Below are positions 27,901 through 42,500 of a stretch of DNA of 64,000 bases, piece by piece. Origin of the DNA: Ruditapes philippinarum (Eukaryota); assembly GCF_026571515.1 (NCBI RefSeq), contig NW_026866456.1, positions 310,001 to 374,000 on the forward strand, given 5' to 3'. How positions within the stretch are numbered: position 1 is the stretch's first letter; the number at the start of each line of letters is the position of its first letter. A model generated the notes under the pieces. That model ran no database searches. It worked only from the letters and a program-made list of their open reading frames with translations, and was not told the origin of the DNA. The translations under genes and the position numbers were made by a program.

Positions 27901-30900
27901 TTTATATCACTGATATTTTTCTATAAACCACCGAAAAGCATGTAATAAATTCCTCCCCCATATTGCTTTCACAAGTCAGAACTTTTCTTAAATATAATTA
28001 TAGTAATTATGAATTAACTTCGCTTTTTTGAGGGAAAATGCCTGTCAAAAAGTAAAAAAACCATGATCTTTATGTCATATTTTAGCAATAAATTTCTTCT
28101 CTGGGTTTCATTTCAATTATTTCCCACTCGTTTTATAGCTAATGGCCCACTCAAATTTTGTTAAATGATAATTAAATCATAAAATGTGGTTAAATCTAAG
28201 TTTTTCTTTTAATGCTTTAAATGCTGGTAATATTAAAGATTTACCCTTGTCGCAAGAGATGGGGGCTGCCAAGTCTTTACGTATGTGTGGTTTGACCAGT
28301 CTCTCGATGGCTCGAAACTCTCGCCCTCTCATAAGACCTTCTTAGCCTGCGGGCGGGAACCGTTTAAAACCATGCAACAAGTGCAGACCAAGATCAGCTG
28401 GTTTTCCACCTCAGATCAGGGTCTCCATTGTTCGCTATTCAGTCAGTACTTATTTTGAAATTTTCTCCAGAAATGATGAATATCGAAAGACAGACGATTT
28501 CGTTTAAGATATTTAGTGCCGTAAGGGTTAATGAAGAATAAGGGAAGATTCAGCATGGAAGCTACAATTTTCTATGCCAGAAAAGCTTAAAATTTTAATT
28601 GTTGTTGTTCTAACCTAAATCACAGGCAAAAGTATCGGACCTGGGAAGAAAAAATATGACCAGATTGATAAAAAAAAACCTGTGTTCATCTTAAAAGTGT
28701 CAAAAAAAAACAACAAAAAAAATGTAAATAATGACCCCCTTTAAAAATATACTATAAGTTAAGAGAAGGCCGGAAACTCCAGATTCGAGCCTACGAGCAA
28801 TATATAAACGTGAAATAGTGATAAAAGTTTTTTTTAATTGTCTGGCCAATTGTTTTCACAACGGCCCGGGAAATGAATCCCTTGCTCGTAGGCTCGAATC
28901 TGGAGTTTCCGGCCTTCTCTTAACTTATAGTATATTTTTAAAGGGGGTCATTATATACATTTTTTTGTTTTTTTTTTGACACTTTTAAGATGAACACAGG
29001 TTTTTTTTTATCAATCTGGTCATATTTTTTCTTTCCAGGTCCGATACTTTTGCCTGTGACCTAAATCATAAATCATGGCATTTTATTGTTTTTTGTGCAA
29101 ATAAAGATTGTTAGTTTTTTTTTGTTTTTTGTTTTTTTTTATTTATAAATGTTGATCAATATCTAGTAGTGGAAAAGGTTGAAGTTAATATTTGTATAAT
29201 TTTACATGTTATTCTCTTACACTTCTGAATTTATAACTTTTAATCATAAATTATATTTCATGAAATATTCTATGATGTAAGATATCATTTTGAAAACAGG
29301 TTTCAAGTGTTATGTTAATGTTTAACCAGTGTTTATTTTACTACTTATGTAGTCAGCTCCTTGAATCTTGTCCACTTAATGATTTCTTAGAAAGATATAG
29401 AAAAGGAAATTTAATGTAAAATGTAAAAGTTTGATAACACATGCGATTATTGATAAACATGTAACCCCTTAGAGTGTTAAAGTGTTAAAAATGTGTTTAA
29501 AATTTAAATATTTAAAATTTAAACATTGTGAAATGAACAATGAAAATAATTTGCACATTGCAAACAACACATGCAATACATGTAAATTAACAAAAAGAGG
29601 TTAAAATAAGCAAAAATTGCCCTTACTGTGTCAGTAACTTAGTAGAAATAATTATGGTAATAAATACAGCAACATCAGTCCTTAAGCCCATTAAGGGTTA
29701 AAAGATGATCTTACATTGGATTGAATAATAAATGCATGTTTAATGAATTTTTAGACAGGCCCATCCATACTTTGACTCATCGGTTACTCATTTTAGAAAG
29801 GTGTTATAATTGTATATAATACATCAGGTATGTTTTGATGTGGCCAGACTTGATGAATATGATTTAAATCACACCCTCAACAATGCCATGATGAGCAGCT
29901 TTTCTTGTGAGCACAATGCTAAATACCTGACTTCTATATTTATGTGTTTTGTTATTCAGATCGCAACCAGTAGAAATCAGCGTGCCGATAAAACGTGAGC
30001 GACTCGGCAGTGCATCTAGTCAGCACAGTACACACAGCAATGTTAGTCAACGTAGTTCTCATAGCCAGAAGGGTTCACAAGGTCATCGCAGTCAGAAACG
30101 GGCTCGGACTCACGACGATATTGGTCCGGGTCACGGTGGTCTGCGGCCATCATCGGGTGCTATAAACAGGCCTCATGACAGGTCCAAATCAACAGCTGTC
30201 GTGACCCCAGTATGTACACAATAGCATTTTTGCTTTTGATGTCTAAACGTTTTAATTCACGATCCATATATATCTTCTTATTCTTAAAATAACAAATCAT
30301 TAATTCTTTAATTATACAAGTGCATGAACATCTGTATCGCGGAAAGATAATTGTTCTGTTTCTCCACTTACGACTGTTAATTCACTTGCGAGATAGGTGT
30401 GAAGACAGGAAGGTTCATTTTCTGATCACGTTCAGATTTGTAACTATATATAGTGGACCAATGTGTCTTTGAGTGCTTCTTCTGGTCTTCTTTTATCCAT
30501 ACTTGTAAAAATCTAAATTTTATAGTTTAAATCTCATGACTTTTCATGAATCAAATAAAGATTGAAAAATACTCCTAGAATTAGATATTGATACCAGATG
30601 TTTCTCAAATGATTTTTGAAATAATTTTTTTCTGTGTCTTTTTTCAGGTTGTTAAGTATGAAACATTAGATACGCCCTCTCACTCTCAGAATGGTTTTGT
30701 TGTACATAATCCACCATTTTACAGAAGTATGTTGTCTGATAAAGAAGAAGAAGAAAGGTATATAACCAGAACACAAGAAATTTACACCTTATACCACCCC
30801 AAAAAACTGAAAATGGTCATGTCTGTCTTTCAGTCTTGACAAAATCATTTATCATTTTAAGGGAAAATTTCAAAAATGTATGCTGACTGTATAGCAACCA

Positions 30901-33900
30901 GTGCAGATCATGAGCAGATGGGTGATTTTGTTTGGTACTGGTTGAAAGGGATAGAATCTGTTTCCACTAGGAGGCTAAAGGCTAAACAACTTGCCAATGC
31001 CAGTTAATCAGGTCAGGCCAGTCTGACCGTTTGTTCAGTCAGCTCTTTACTGTGTCTTGCTGAATTTTAATATTTTTGTCAGTGAAAATCCCCTTATATT
31101 GACAAAGAATGTGCTCATGTTTAAAGCATTTCAAATATATTTTACAATTTAAGCATTGCAAACATTTAGCTCTTGTTTTAACCCTTAGTCTACTGGCGGC
31201 TACAGAATCTATCAATGCAACCAGTGCAGACCAAGATCAGTTGGCATTGATTTAGTCTGCATTTTCCACTATTTAGTCAGTACATATTTTTGAAATTTTC
31301 CTGACATATGGTTTTGTCTATATTGAAACATGGACAAGTCCATTTAAGACTTTTAGCCTGAGTTATGGTTTTAAGTCGGAGATTTAGCACTTTTTCTTAA
31401 AAAGGTTGGTATCCCTGGACATTCCAGGTGAGGGTCTCTCAGTGTAAACGACTCTTTTATAGAAATTACTCTTATTAAAATAACATAGCTATGACGTTTT
31501 CCGTTTATAATTATACAATACAAAACATAATAGTTCTTTGTGCTAAGCAGATAATATTCTTAATTAAATTTTTAACTAAGGAATTCCAAAGTTGTCAGTA
31601 AAGCAAGGAATGTTCTTGATTAAATCTTCATTATGGATTCCATACCTGACAGTTGCTGGAAAAAGAAAGAAACTGTTTCAGGAAACAAGCATTTCTTATA
31701 GTGGAATGGTAAAAAACGACCACTACTAACCGCATTTCTTCCATGATCTATTGTTTATCTAAGGGCTCATATTACATCTTGACGAGATATTGCATTGTAT
31801 GAGGCATAAATGGATCGTAATTAGGGCTCTGCTAAAGTCGTTAGAATGATTATTGCCTGGGATTGAAAGGTTAATTGGGCTAAAGGAAATTTGATGGCAT
31901 ATTCTGTGAAATTTCTGTAATTTGCAAATAACAGTGAAACCTGTCCAGAAATGCTGATCATGGTAAATTTGAAAATAAGGTTGTAGGTGGTCTCTAAGTA
32001 AAGGTTCTGCTGTATTGAAATTGATGGTCTAATATTAAAGGTTTTAACATTTTTCTAAAACAAGGGTACTAAAACTAGGATATTGTTTGTCAAGGTTTTT
32101 CAATATAAGGTCTATATTGACTATATTTCTGTCATAGGTGGCCTGTTAATACAGGTTCAAACCATTCTCCCCAAAAACCCATCTAAGTTGCAACAAATAC
32201 TACTTTTAGACACATATTTTAAGCAAGAAAAGGTGGTAAAAATTGATTTCTGACAACAACATGAAGAATTTGTTAAATGATTTTTTAACAGTCCATTTGA
32301 ATCTTATCTGACTGCATGGATGTGCAACGCCAAGCCAGCTAGAAGCTCAGTTGCAAAGGCTTAATTTTAATTACTTTTGGTTCCTGCATGTTTAAAGATA
32401 TTCTATGCTCATATTTGGCTAAAATACTTTCATTGCAGAAATTTATTGAAATCTAGTAAATTCTTATGGAATATGTCTAATTTGAATAAGTGAATTTGGG
32501 AAGTTGCTTTCCCTATTACTTATCAAATACATTTGGTCTAATCTTATAGAAACTGCCAGGTTTTTTTTAAGACGCTTTGTAATCATCATACTGTGATTAC
32601 CTGAGGTGCTGTAGTTCAAAACATAACTTTTTTCTCTGTATGTATTCACAAACTATGAATATAAATTGTTTATTTTACTTTTCAAAAGAGACTGTGTAGT
32701 AATTATCAGTTTTTTCAAGTAATCAAATTTAAGCATAATATGTTCTTTAAGGATTATAAGTCGTAATTATATGAATTAAAGTTGTAATTATATGAATAAC
32801 ATTGTCAAAAGTTATTTATTTTTTAAATGCATATTGATTCAATGAAGCTATACATGTATGGCTAAAGTGCATGTTATGGAAATATTTGAACTGTTTTCAT
32901 TTAGTTTAGTTGATAGTAAATTATTTAGTTTGATTATGTTGGAAGCTATAAGCTTATTGAAACACGCTCCAATCTGTTCCTGGAACCAACCAATAAAATG
33001 CAATGGATATAAAGTTTCTTGATCACGGAAACAATGGCTTGCCCCTGACAGGGTTTGAACCCACATGATCAGCAATCCTTAGATTATTTATCCAATGTGG
33101 TAACCATGCGGCTATTCCGCCACTTATTTTGAAATGCTTAATACTTTTATGTGTAAAAGAGTTATTTTGATTAGCTAGTCATCATAAAAGTAGGAAGAAC
33201 CTTGCCAGAAATTATTTATGTAATGCAGTATAAGTGACGTTTATATAATTATACTGTGAATTTGTTTTTGTTTGTGCTGTAAATTTAAAAAAATGAAGAA
33301 AACATAACTTTTAATTTATGCCAGATGCAATAAAATGTTGTACGGTATTTTGACTATAACATGTTTTATGATTAACTCAAGATTGCATTGAAGTAAGTTG
33401 TTTGGTTTTGGAGAGAAAATTTTTTTTTTTTTAAACGCGAAACATGTCTGCAGTTCTTTAGTTATAGACAAAGAGATAGAGAAATAATCACCGATTTACA
33501 TCTTTCGCATCAGTTATTGCACGGTATTCTTATAGTTAATGTTCTCCTGCTTCAATTGATTTTGTCCTCTTCTAGTCTCATAAAACGGCAATAAATATCT
33601 AGTAAGAGTTTCTTTTTTTCTGTTATATGTATAGATAGTAACGTTTTTTGTCAATCATTAATTGAACGAATGGAGCGAATTTTTATGATCGCCTCAGAGA
33701 AATGCACACCGAGTTTTGTGAGTTTAAACCCTGCGGCGATAATAATTTTAATGATTGAGTGTACGCGAACTGAAATCGCCTTTGTAAATATATGTAATGT
33801 GAAATTGTCATTCATTCAATGGGTTAAGATTATTTATTGCACTATGTGTGACAGTTTTCCCCCTCTAGCGATTAAGCTGTTTCATGATGAAGTTTGCACA

Positions 33901-36484
33901 AGGAATTTTGTTCGTTTATGTTTATAATAGATTTTTCCATCCAGAAGCGTGAATATCGCGAACTCATTAATATACCGGTGCCCCTCGCTGTGAAATAGTA
34001 ATTTCGCACTTTGTTTACACAACATTATGGTCGTCCTACCCATTAAAATGACTTAATTTAATATTCTGAAGATAATTTATATAAGTCTTAAAAGATGTTG
34101 AAATTTTTTTTCATTTTGATTTTTTCTCCTTTTTATAAATTTAAAAAAAAAGAAAAGATTAATATGTTCTATGATTAGTGCTAAATGATAAACTATTATG
34201 AAATTGGGTTAACCGGTATTCACATATTGAAATGCAATGCCGTTGTGATGATTTATTGAATAAGTCATAAGTGGTATATACATTAAAAAGCAATGACGGA
34301 AGAATTTATGGGTGCATATTAATTATTTAAATCTTTATTTCAATTTAATTAATTTCTTAATGTTTATTTAAAACTGTGCTGCAGTGTAAATGCAGTACAA
34401 TTGAGGCCATTAATTTGTTGTATGTCTGACAATTGGTGGTAAAAAATTCTGTACACATATTAAGTTAATTATATCCCATACATTTGGACCAGGCTTTCAT
34501 AATTTACTCTTTTGGCTGCTGAAGTTGAGATTTTTGTCATGTTGAAAACCCTGAAAAGAATAATAATATTTTACTGTTCCAAAGTCAGAGAAGGACAGGA
34601 GCAGATGGTTCCCAATTATTACAATATTTATCTCCCTTGATGAAGGTGGCAGCCATTTTGGAGGTCATCATTCAACATAATTATATAATTGATAAAATAT
34701 ACAAATAAGTTACAAATAAGTTAGAATTAAACAGACTGATAAATTAGGTTAATTTTCAAATTATTTAATATATGTGAAGAAAAACATTTTTTTTTCATCA
34801 ATAGCAAACATATTTTATTTATCAACTTACGTAACCATGACAAGAGATTTTTATTTAATCTCAAGCAGTCCTGATAAATTGAGAATGACCCTCAATAAGG
34901 CAGCAAAGGGAATTATTGTAAGTTATGTGGAAAGCTTTAAGTGTAGAGGCATAAGGGTTATTTATAATCTGTTTTGCTAAGTAATATGTCATCTCTGAGT
35001 GCAATAAATGGTTAGCTTAAATTTAGAAGGACTTAACCCTTAACTGCACTAAGGTGACAAATTATTACATTATTTTGCATTTATATACCAAGAAACAATT
35101 TATTTTAGGTTTTATACAAGATACATTTTCTAGAACATGTATAACAGGATATAGGTTTTGCGAGAATGCAGGCAAGATGGGCAATATTTTCTGCTGAATA
35201 AAGTACTTTTTTTTCTGCAATCTGTCATTAATTTGTCTATGCTGACATTGCTGTATCAAACTTAATGAAATGTTATATTGCTATTAAATTGCACACTAGA
35301 GAAATATCAGGTAAATCAGCAAGATGACTTGCAGAATTTCAATGGACATTTAATATTTACAGCTGATTATTAAATTGTTTAAGATAAAAATAGTTTACTA
35401 CCATAGTGATTTTCAGATTGGTGTTGTTATAATGCTTGGAAACCTGTTCACATTGGAAGTTTTCTTGGTTATGATGGCAAAACTTTATCCCTCTAATAAT
35501 TCTAAAAATGTTCAGTTGAAAAAATGGGACATGGTTAATGTCATTGATTTTAAATCACTTGCCCCTCGCCACTTAATAAAGTTCAGGTTCTTTCCGCGGG
35601 AATTCTTTATTATGAGGAAGTTATCCAGTTAGTTATCCAGCTAGTATATAGAAAGTTGAGCATTCCGCTTTAGTGCCTGACTGTGCCGAAAAACAATATA
35701 TGTTAGTGCACTCAAGGTTTTCATTTAACCAGTAATGCGCCATCTTTATGCAATAACTGGTTAACTCGTATTAAATTTAGAAGGACTTAATCTGTTACTG
35801 CTTTAAAATGACAATATATAATCTTCAGATAACCCTGCAAACAGGCATGGATCCCCTATTGATAAACATGTTAAACTAGTAATCTAAGGATTGTTGGCTG
35901 TATGGGTTCAAACCCAATCAAGGCCAAGCCATTGTTTCCTTTAACAAGGAACTTTACACTCGTTGCTTTGTATTGTTTTGATCCAGGCAAGAACTCATGT
36001 GTCTATAAGCTAATAGCTTATATAATATAATATGAGTAATATAATTTCTATAAAAAACTAATAAAGAAAAAAACAACTTATTAACAAGGCATACAGAGGA
36101 GAAAGTTCCAAATGTGCAAGGTATACAATTTTCTCTGACAAGTTGTTTTGTTCACTTATATGATAATTATGTTTGCATGTTTCAGATTACTACCTGCAGA
36201 AGATTATAACAGGAAGGCAAAAAAGTACAAATACCAGGCTGATGATATGGTAATGATTTCTACCTTTATTAATAGATTTACACTGTATGGTAATGGTTTT
36301 TTCGTAAACACAAAAGAAAAAAGAAATCAGTGTAATGATGAGTAATTTATCATTGCTTTATAAATTATCCAACAGATATTATTTATTACAATAATGATAA
36401 TAATAACAACTTTATTTAAATCACTGAGGTAACATTTGAATAAAATATAATTTTATTAAGAGTTCTAGGTGCCATTTGAATGTG

Positions 36485-36519
<35 letters not shown>

Positions 36520-39500
36520 CTTTTATTATAGTGACATATTTATTCAAGGGGTCAGTGCCATTTGAATATGTATAGTTATAAAAAGGGGTCAGTGCCATTT
36601 GAATATGTATATTTATGAAAAGGCTGAGGTGCCATTTGAATATGTATATTTATGAAAAGGCTGAGGTGCCATTTGAATATGTATATTTATAAAAAGAGGT
36701 CAGTGCCATTTGAATATGTATATTTATAAAAAGCTGAAAATGCCATTTGAATATTTGTATTTTGTCTGACATGACATTATAATTTAAACTGAAAGTGAGT
36801 GAGAGATTACAGGTGACCACAAGTTTGAGGTTCTTAATGTCTTTAGTTCCTTGTTGAGTAAACCTGTGACCTTTTATTCTAACATGTTTAAATGCAGACT
36901 GTGCATTACAAATGTCATGAAATAATTTGAAAATTTCCCATGTTTAAAAAAGAGAAAAAAACGAACATAAAGGACATTTCAAATTATTATAAATGTATAA
37001 ATTAAATCGTATGGGTGAATTTAAGGTAGACCATGATAGAAAAGGGAGGGGGATAAAAAAACAACAACAACAAATTATTAATTGTTTAATTAACAAAGGA
37101 GAAAAACCCCAAGCAACCTTGCATTGTCTAAAGTATAATGAAACATTAGTTATTGTAGAAGCTTACGCATCTTTTATAGAAACAATGATTGATGCATGCC
37201 TCCAATATGTCTGATAAAGACATGCTCGTAAAGAAGGAATGGAAGAGATTACTGTCAAATTCCTCTTTGCACGAAATCTCGGAAAAAGCATCAATCTCGG
37301 AAAAAAAGTAACAATTTCAGGGGAAAAACATGACTTATCTTGTAAAGCGTACAAAATTGGATGGAGTAATTTGTATTTAACCTTGTTTAGGACTTGGAAT
37401 TGTTGGTGGGACTTGAGCCAATCAGGTCTTGGTTAAATATGGTGCAAGCGTAACTTATTTCAATATGGGGAGCGCTTTAGATGAACAGATCTCAGATTCT
37501 TTTTGAGTCTTGGTTGGGGGTTATAAAATCATACTCTTATTTGATTGGTCAGACACTGGCCAATGAAAATCCTGAGATTTGAGACAGAAGTTCTTGCAGG
37601 ACTGTTGGTTGATCTCAAACAAGTCAGGTTCTCTTTTGTAAATAATGAGGTTCCTATTAACTTGAACTTCTCTCTTGTATCTCTGAGGTAACTATATTTG
37701 TGTTTACAGGATCCTGGTCTAACAAAGTTTGTGCTGTACCTCGAGTCGGTTCTTTGTTTCATCCAGTATGGCTACGTTCAGGAGAGAGATCACAAAATTA
37801 CCGAGGCATCTAACATGTACAAAGAAACGTATAGATTTGTCTCGTAAGTACTTGTAAATTTACTCCCACATCATATATATAAAAAGATATTTATGAATAT
37901 CTAATACAGTAACATCTGTTGTGGAACAATTGTATATATTGTAAATACATAAATACATGTATGTATAATGCAGTTGGCTTTCAAGCAAAAATTATTCATT
38001 ACTTGCTCTGGTTGTGCTATATAAGCTTAATATTAGTTTAGTTTTATCACATTATTCATCAAAACATTATTTTAGAATTTGTACAGACTTAAATAGATTT
38101 TTGACCCAAAACGAATGAATATGTACACTCTTAACTAGTTCTTTAGTCGTAATGCATACTTTGAAGTTCTGCTCACTGATCTCAATAGCTGGGGAGAGCT
38201 TGGGTATCGTAAGCCAGTGGTTGCTGGTTCAATCCTCTGGCGAGGGGCGATTTATCTCAGGACGTTTTGTGGTCATTTGTCAGTCACTGCAAATACAGAA
38301 ATCATGGGATCAGTATTCGGTTACTTGTGTAGAAATTGGTAATTACTGGGTAGTTATCCAGGAAAGCCTGTGAGGGGTATAGACCACCTTTATACGACCA
38401 AAAATGTTGGTCGGTGTAAAATATTTTAACCCAAACACAGTAAGATCCTTTGGAGTCTCGTAGTAAAAATGAGGAAAAGTCCATTATACAAATATGGTAT
38501 GGTGTAGGTTATATTTTGTTAACATGTTTCTACAGAATCTGCATGGAAAACAAATGGATTCAGGGTAGCTATCATAAAAATGACACAAAATCTAGACTGA
38601 GATAAATTGATGCAAGTCTTGTTAGAATAAGTCTTTAGATACTGTTCACTATTTAAAATTGTATCGTTTTCATTGAGGCTGGTACGTTTTGAGACTTTTG
38701 TTATATTCCGGCATCTGACATTTTAGTAAAATAACCGAAAGATCTCTACTTTCACGTCATTGACTTTTGTGTTTTGGATTCCAATTTTAACGATAATTAA
38801 GTTATTTTTGTCTGCTAGTATAGCATTAAAGCTTGTCAAAATAGAAAGGTGGAAAATCGGCTTCTGAAAATAGAGTCGTAATTAGCTAGAATTAGTGTAC
38901 TGTTTCAAATAATTATAAAACTTATCCTTTTGTTGTTGAAATCATTACAAGTGTCATTAGTTATAACAGCAACAGTTACATAAAGGCACAACATTTTGTA
39001 CTCCGGAAGGTAAAGAAAACACTGTTCTGAAATGACAATGTTAACATATAAATGTGAAAAAGAAACAAACATTGTTGTTACTATATGAATTTCTCGGAAA
39101 CGAAACAGTTTATGGAATTGATTGACTGTATAATCTCAAATAAATGCTCTCTGGAGCCATTTCATTTTGTAAAAAGAGTGGCATTAATTGAAAGACCAAA
39201 AAAATAAATATTGTCTGTTTAACGATTTTGTGGTTAAAATTTGTGTTAATTTCCTTTAATTTATGATAAACTGCTATTCTCTTCATAACTCGATTTTTTT
39301 CTTTCTCTTTGTCAAAAAATGGGGCAAAGGCAAAGTTGTTAGGTTGACCAATGGCCAAGATATGACCAATAAGTTGTTAATATTGGCATGAATACCAGAA
39401 AATCAAACAGGATAATCATTTCTGGATTGTCTTCCCTTGTTAAGACGTACATACAGTGTGATTTTCTAAGATTTTTCTGATAATTACAACTTTTGTGATT

Positions 39501-42500
39501 AGCATCTTAAAATAACACTTGTTGACATATCGACAGAGTTTTATATAAATACATTGAATTATACCTTGATAAATAAATAATTAACAACCTTACACAAAAC
39601 ACTTTGAATGTGGAAAGTCTCAAGTATGTTTTTCTTTTCGAAACGGAAAATGTTATTTGCCTTTGTTACTGGGTGCAGTGTCTTCGGAAAATGATTTGCA
39701 TATGTCAGAATGAAATTTGCAGAATTATGATTCAGGCGACTGTGTGTCTAAAGGGGAAACAAATTGAAGGAGAAATTAGGTTTCTTCCAGAACGCGTTTT
39801 GTTTCGAAAAAACCTCCCATTGAACTGTTACACATAAATAACCTTTCGGTTAATCACAAATACATTCTTTCTTAAGTTCATTTCTCCTCAGAAAGTATTT
39901 AGAAAGTCATTTATCAGGGGCACTGATTTAATTATGATTTTCATTTTTTCATTTCGTTCCTAAGATTTATTAAGAATGTCGGTTACAAGAGAGACGATTT
40001 TTGTTTTGGTTTTGGAATGTTAATCATTTCTGGCATGCTGATCAGCTGACTGTGTTTTCTGTAAGAAAGAATGATTTGTTACTTATTGGTTGGTAACAAG
40101 CATGTCTGATTTATATGTGTATTTATGAGTATATGTGTAGTGTAATGGTTGAAACCTATTAGGTTAAGCAGTGCCAAGAACGTTTTACAGTTTTCCCCCC
40201 CATAAAAACAGCAGTACAAAAAAGCAACATTTCTCATTGTGTGTGTGTTGCATTTTGTTAGGTATCGGAATACACACAAAACATTATGGTTTTGCAGAGA
40301 AAATTGCATTAGTTCTAGTTTTAGAATTATCAGGTAATAATTATCATAAATTAGTATAAGCTTTATGATTTTTATTGATTGATAACTTTTTATACTCAAA
40401 TCTGAGAGGGGCTATGAAACAGGGAATAATTCTTGCCAAATCCACCATTATGTGTCAAGTGTAAGCCCCAGTCTGCACATCCAAGCCAGCTCACTATACT
40501 GTTCCTTGTTTTTATTTGAACATCAATCCAGTTCCACCAGTATAGTGTCAAGCTAGCCTGCACATCCATGCAGTCTGACCAGGTTCAAGACTTCACTGTT
40601 GGCCGAACTGTAAATTTAATATTTTGATGCCAAGATCTTAAACTGATTCAAAACATAACAAGACAAGTATGGCTCAGTTCATAATAAAATAAATGAAATA
40701 AGAAATGTTGTATACATTTGTGTTTGTTAAATACAAAAATGTACGTATTGTCAGTCGTCTCCCAATGTCATAGGATAATAGATTGAAGAAATGATGCCAT
40801 TTAAAAGTGTATAGGTTTTGTTAATTGAAAATATTGATTAGTTCACAGTAGGATTATTATAGTGCCACTGGTAGACCAATTAGATGGTAATAAATGAATT
40901 AATCAAATATTGTCAGCCGAGTCTAGACTACTTATTTTGATTATGTACAGACCGTTTTCCGCAGAATTTTTTTTCCATCAGACAGACAATTTTTCTGCAG
41001 TCTCGGGTTTATGATTTGTTTGGTTTTGTTTGTAATTTCGTAACAAAAACGTATCTCGGACTTAATCTATCATTTGACACTTAGATATTTATTAATGAGT
41101 GAATTTTTACAATTTGTTACTTATTACGTTGTTTTATTTATTTGAATCTAATGGTCAAATATACTTTTCTTGTTATGTTTATGTCAATAATACTGGTTGG
41201 AGATTGAGAAAAAAAGTGGGAACTCTGTCATAATTATGCAAATTGACATTAAGTTTGTGGAGAAAAAAGAGGAATAATTTTTTTTTTCAAGAATCATTAT
41301 CACTATGATGTGCATTTTAACTCGTGTCATTCAAGTTGTATGAGAGAATCTTGATAGAACATGACTTGCATACAAAGTACTGGTACTGTATACACTAGTA
41401 AAAAATTGGTCTATCTGTATGATTTTTTGATTTTTTCTTGAAAATTGATGAATTTTTTTCTAGTGGTTAAGTCAGCTAATATGGGGCAAATTCCATGTTT
41501 TTTATGGGTTAATTGGATTATTTCGCATTAATGTATGAATGTTGTTGCCAAAAGAGAGTTTCCAGCATTCCTGTGAGATTTGTCTACATGATTTTATTGT
41601 TGGATAATTCTCCACATGAGGGTGATTGAACTGTCTAGCACTTTTGACTTTTAATGAGTCAGTCTCATCTGAGACTAGTGCCATGATGTCACACTCTCTT
41701 TTAAAGTCATAATCTTTGGGATTGGTGGCCTAGTGGTTAAGGTGTCTGCCTCTCAAACCAGGGATCATGCATTCGAGCCCTAAGAGGGTCACGACAATGT
41801 TTCTTCATATGACAACAGTTCTGGTTGATTTCAGGAAGCAGACTCAAAAGTGATTAATATAAGTGGCAAGAACGTGTTTCGCAATCAAGCTTAAATAAAT
41901 ATGTTTAAACCAATATTCTTGGGTTAATTGTTTAATCATAAATCTGCGCTTGCAGCAACCAATTCTTGACTTGCGCTTAAGTGCAGACAAAGATTTTGGT
42001 TTGTACCGTTTGCTATTCATTCAGTACATATTTCAAAATTTGCCTTCAAATGATAAATGATTTTGTTGAACACATCCTGTTCAGAAAGTGTTAAAAATAG
42101 GATTAATATACATATTTTTTTTTTTTTAATAAACCTATTCTGCTGTATAGTGAATTTCATTTGATACACACACATTTTCACACACCCACACGAAAAATGC
42201 TTTCACTTGTCAATGTTAAAAAGTTGCTTAAAAGACGGAGAAATAATCAAGAGAAATTTACAGTTATAGTATTATATAAGAAGGTGACGGACTGAAGAAT
42301 ACTCATCTGGGAGAAATGATATTATTATCTTGTTTATAGATTGATTTAGAATTCTGTCTAGCCGTCTGCCATTTTACTGCTAGGAAATGACATTATTTTA
42401 GGGTCATAATAATTCACATAGAAAGGACAGTTATTTTTCTGGGAAAATGTCGCAGTTAAAACTGTGTAGCACAAGCCATATGATTGTTAGTTTGACACAA

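Noticed and set aside
30727-30732. Alternative donor gtatgt inside exon 30648-30757
   Set aside because: Phase 1 is incompatible with the phase-2 acceptor at 36186.
33430-34050. CpG-richer block with ORF 33670-33927
   Set aside because: No recognisable protein or splice fit. Probably the interior of a DNA-transposon remnant, but I could not define termini.
41722-41795. tRNA gene
   Set aside because: A and B boxes are present but there is no intact cloverleaf. It continues into a body shared with other dispersed copies, so it is a SINE head.
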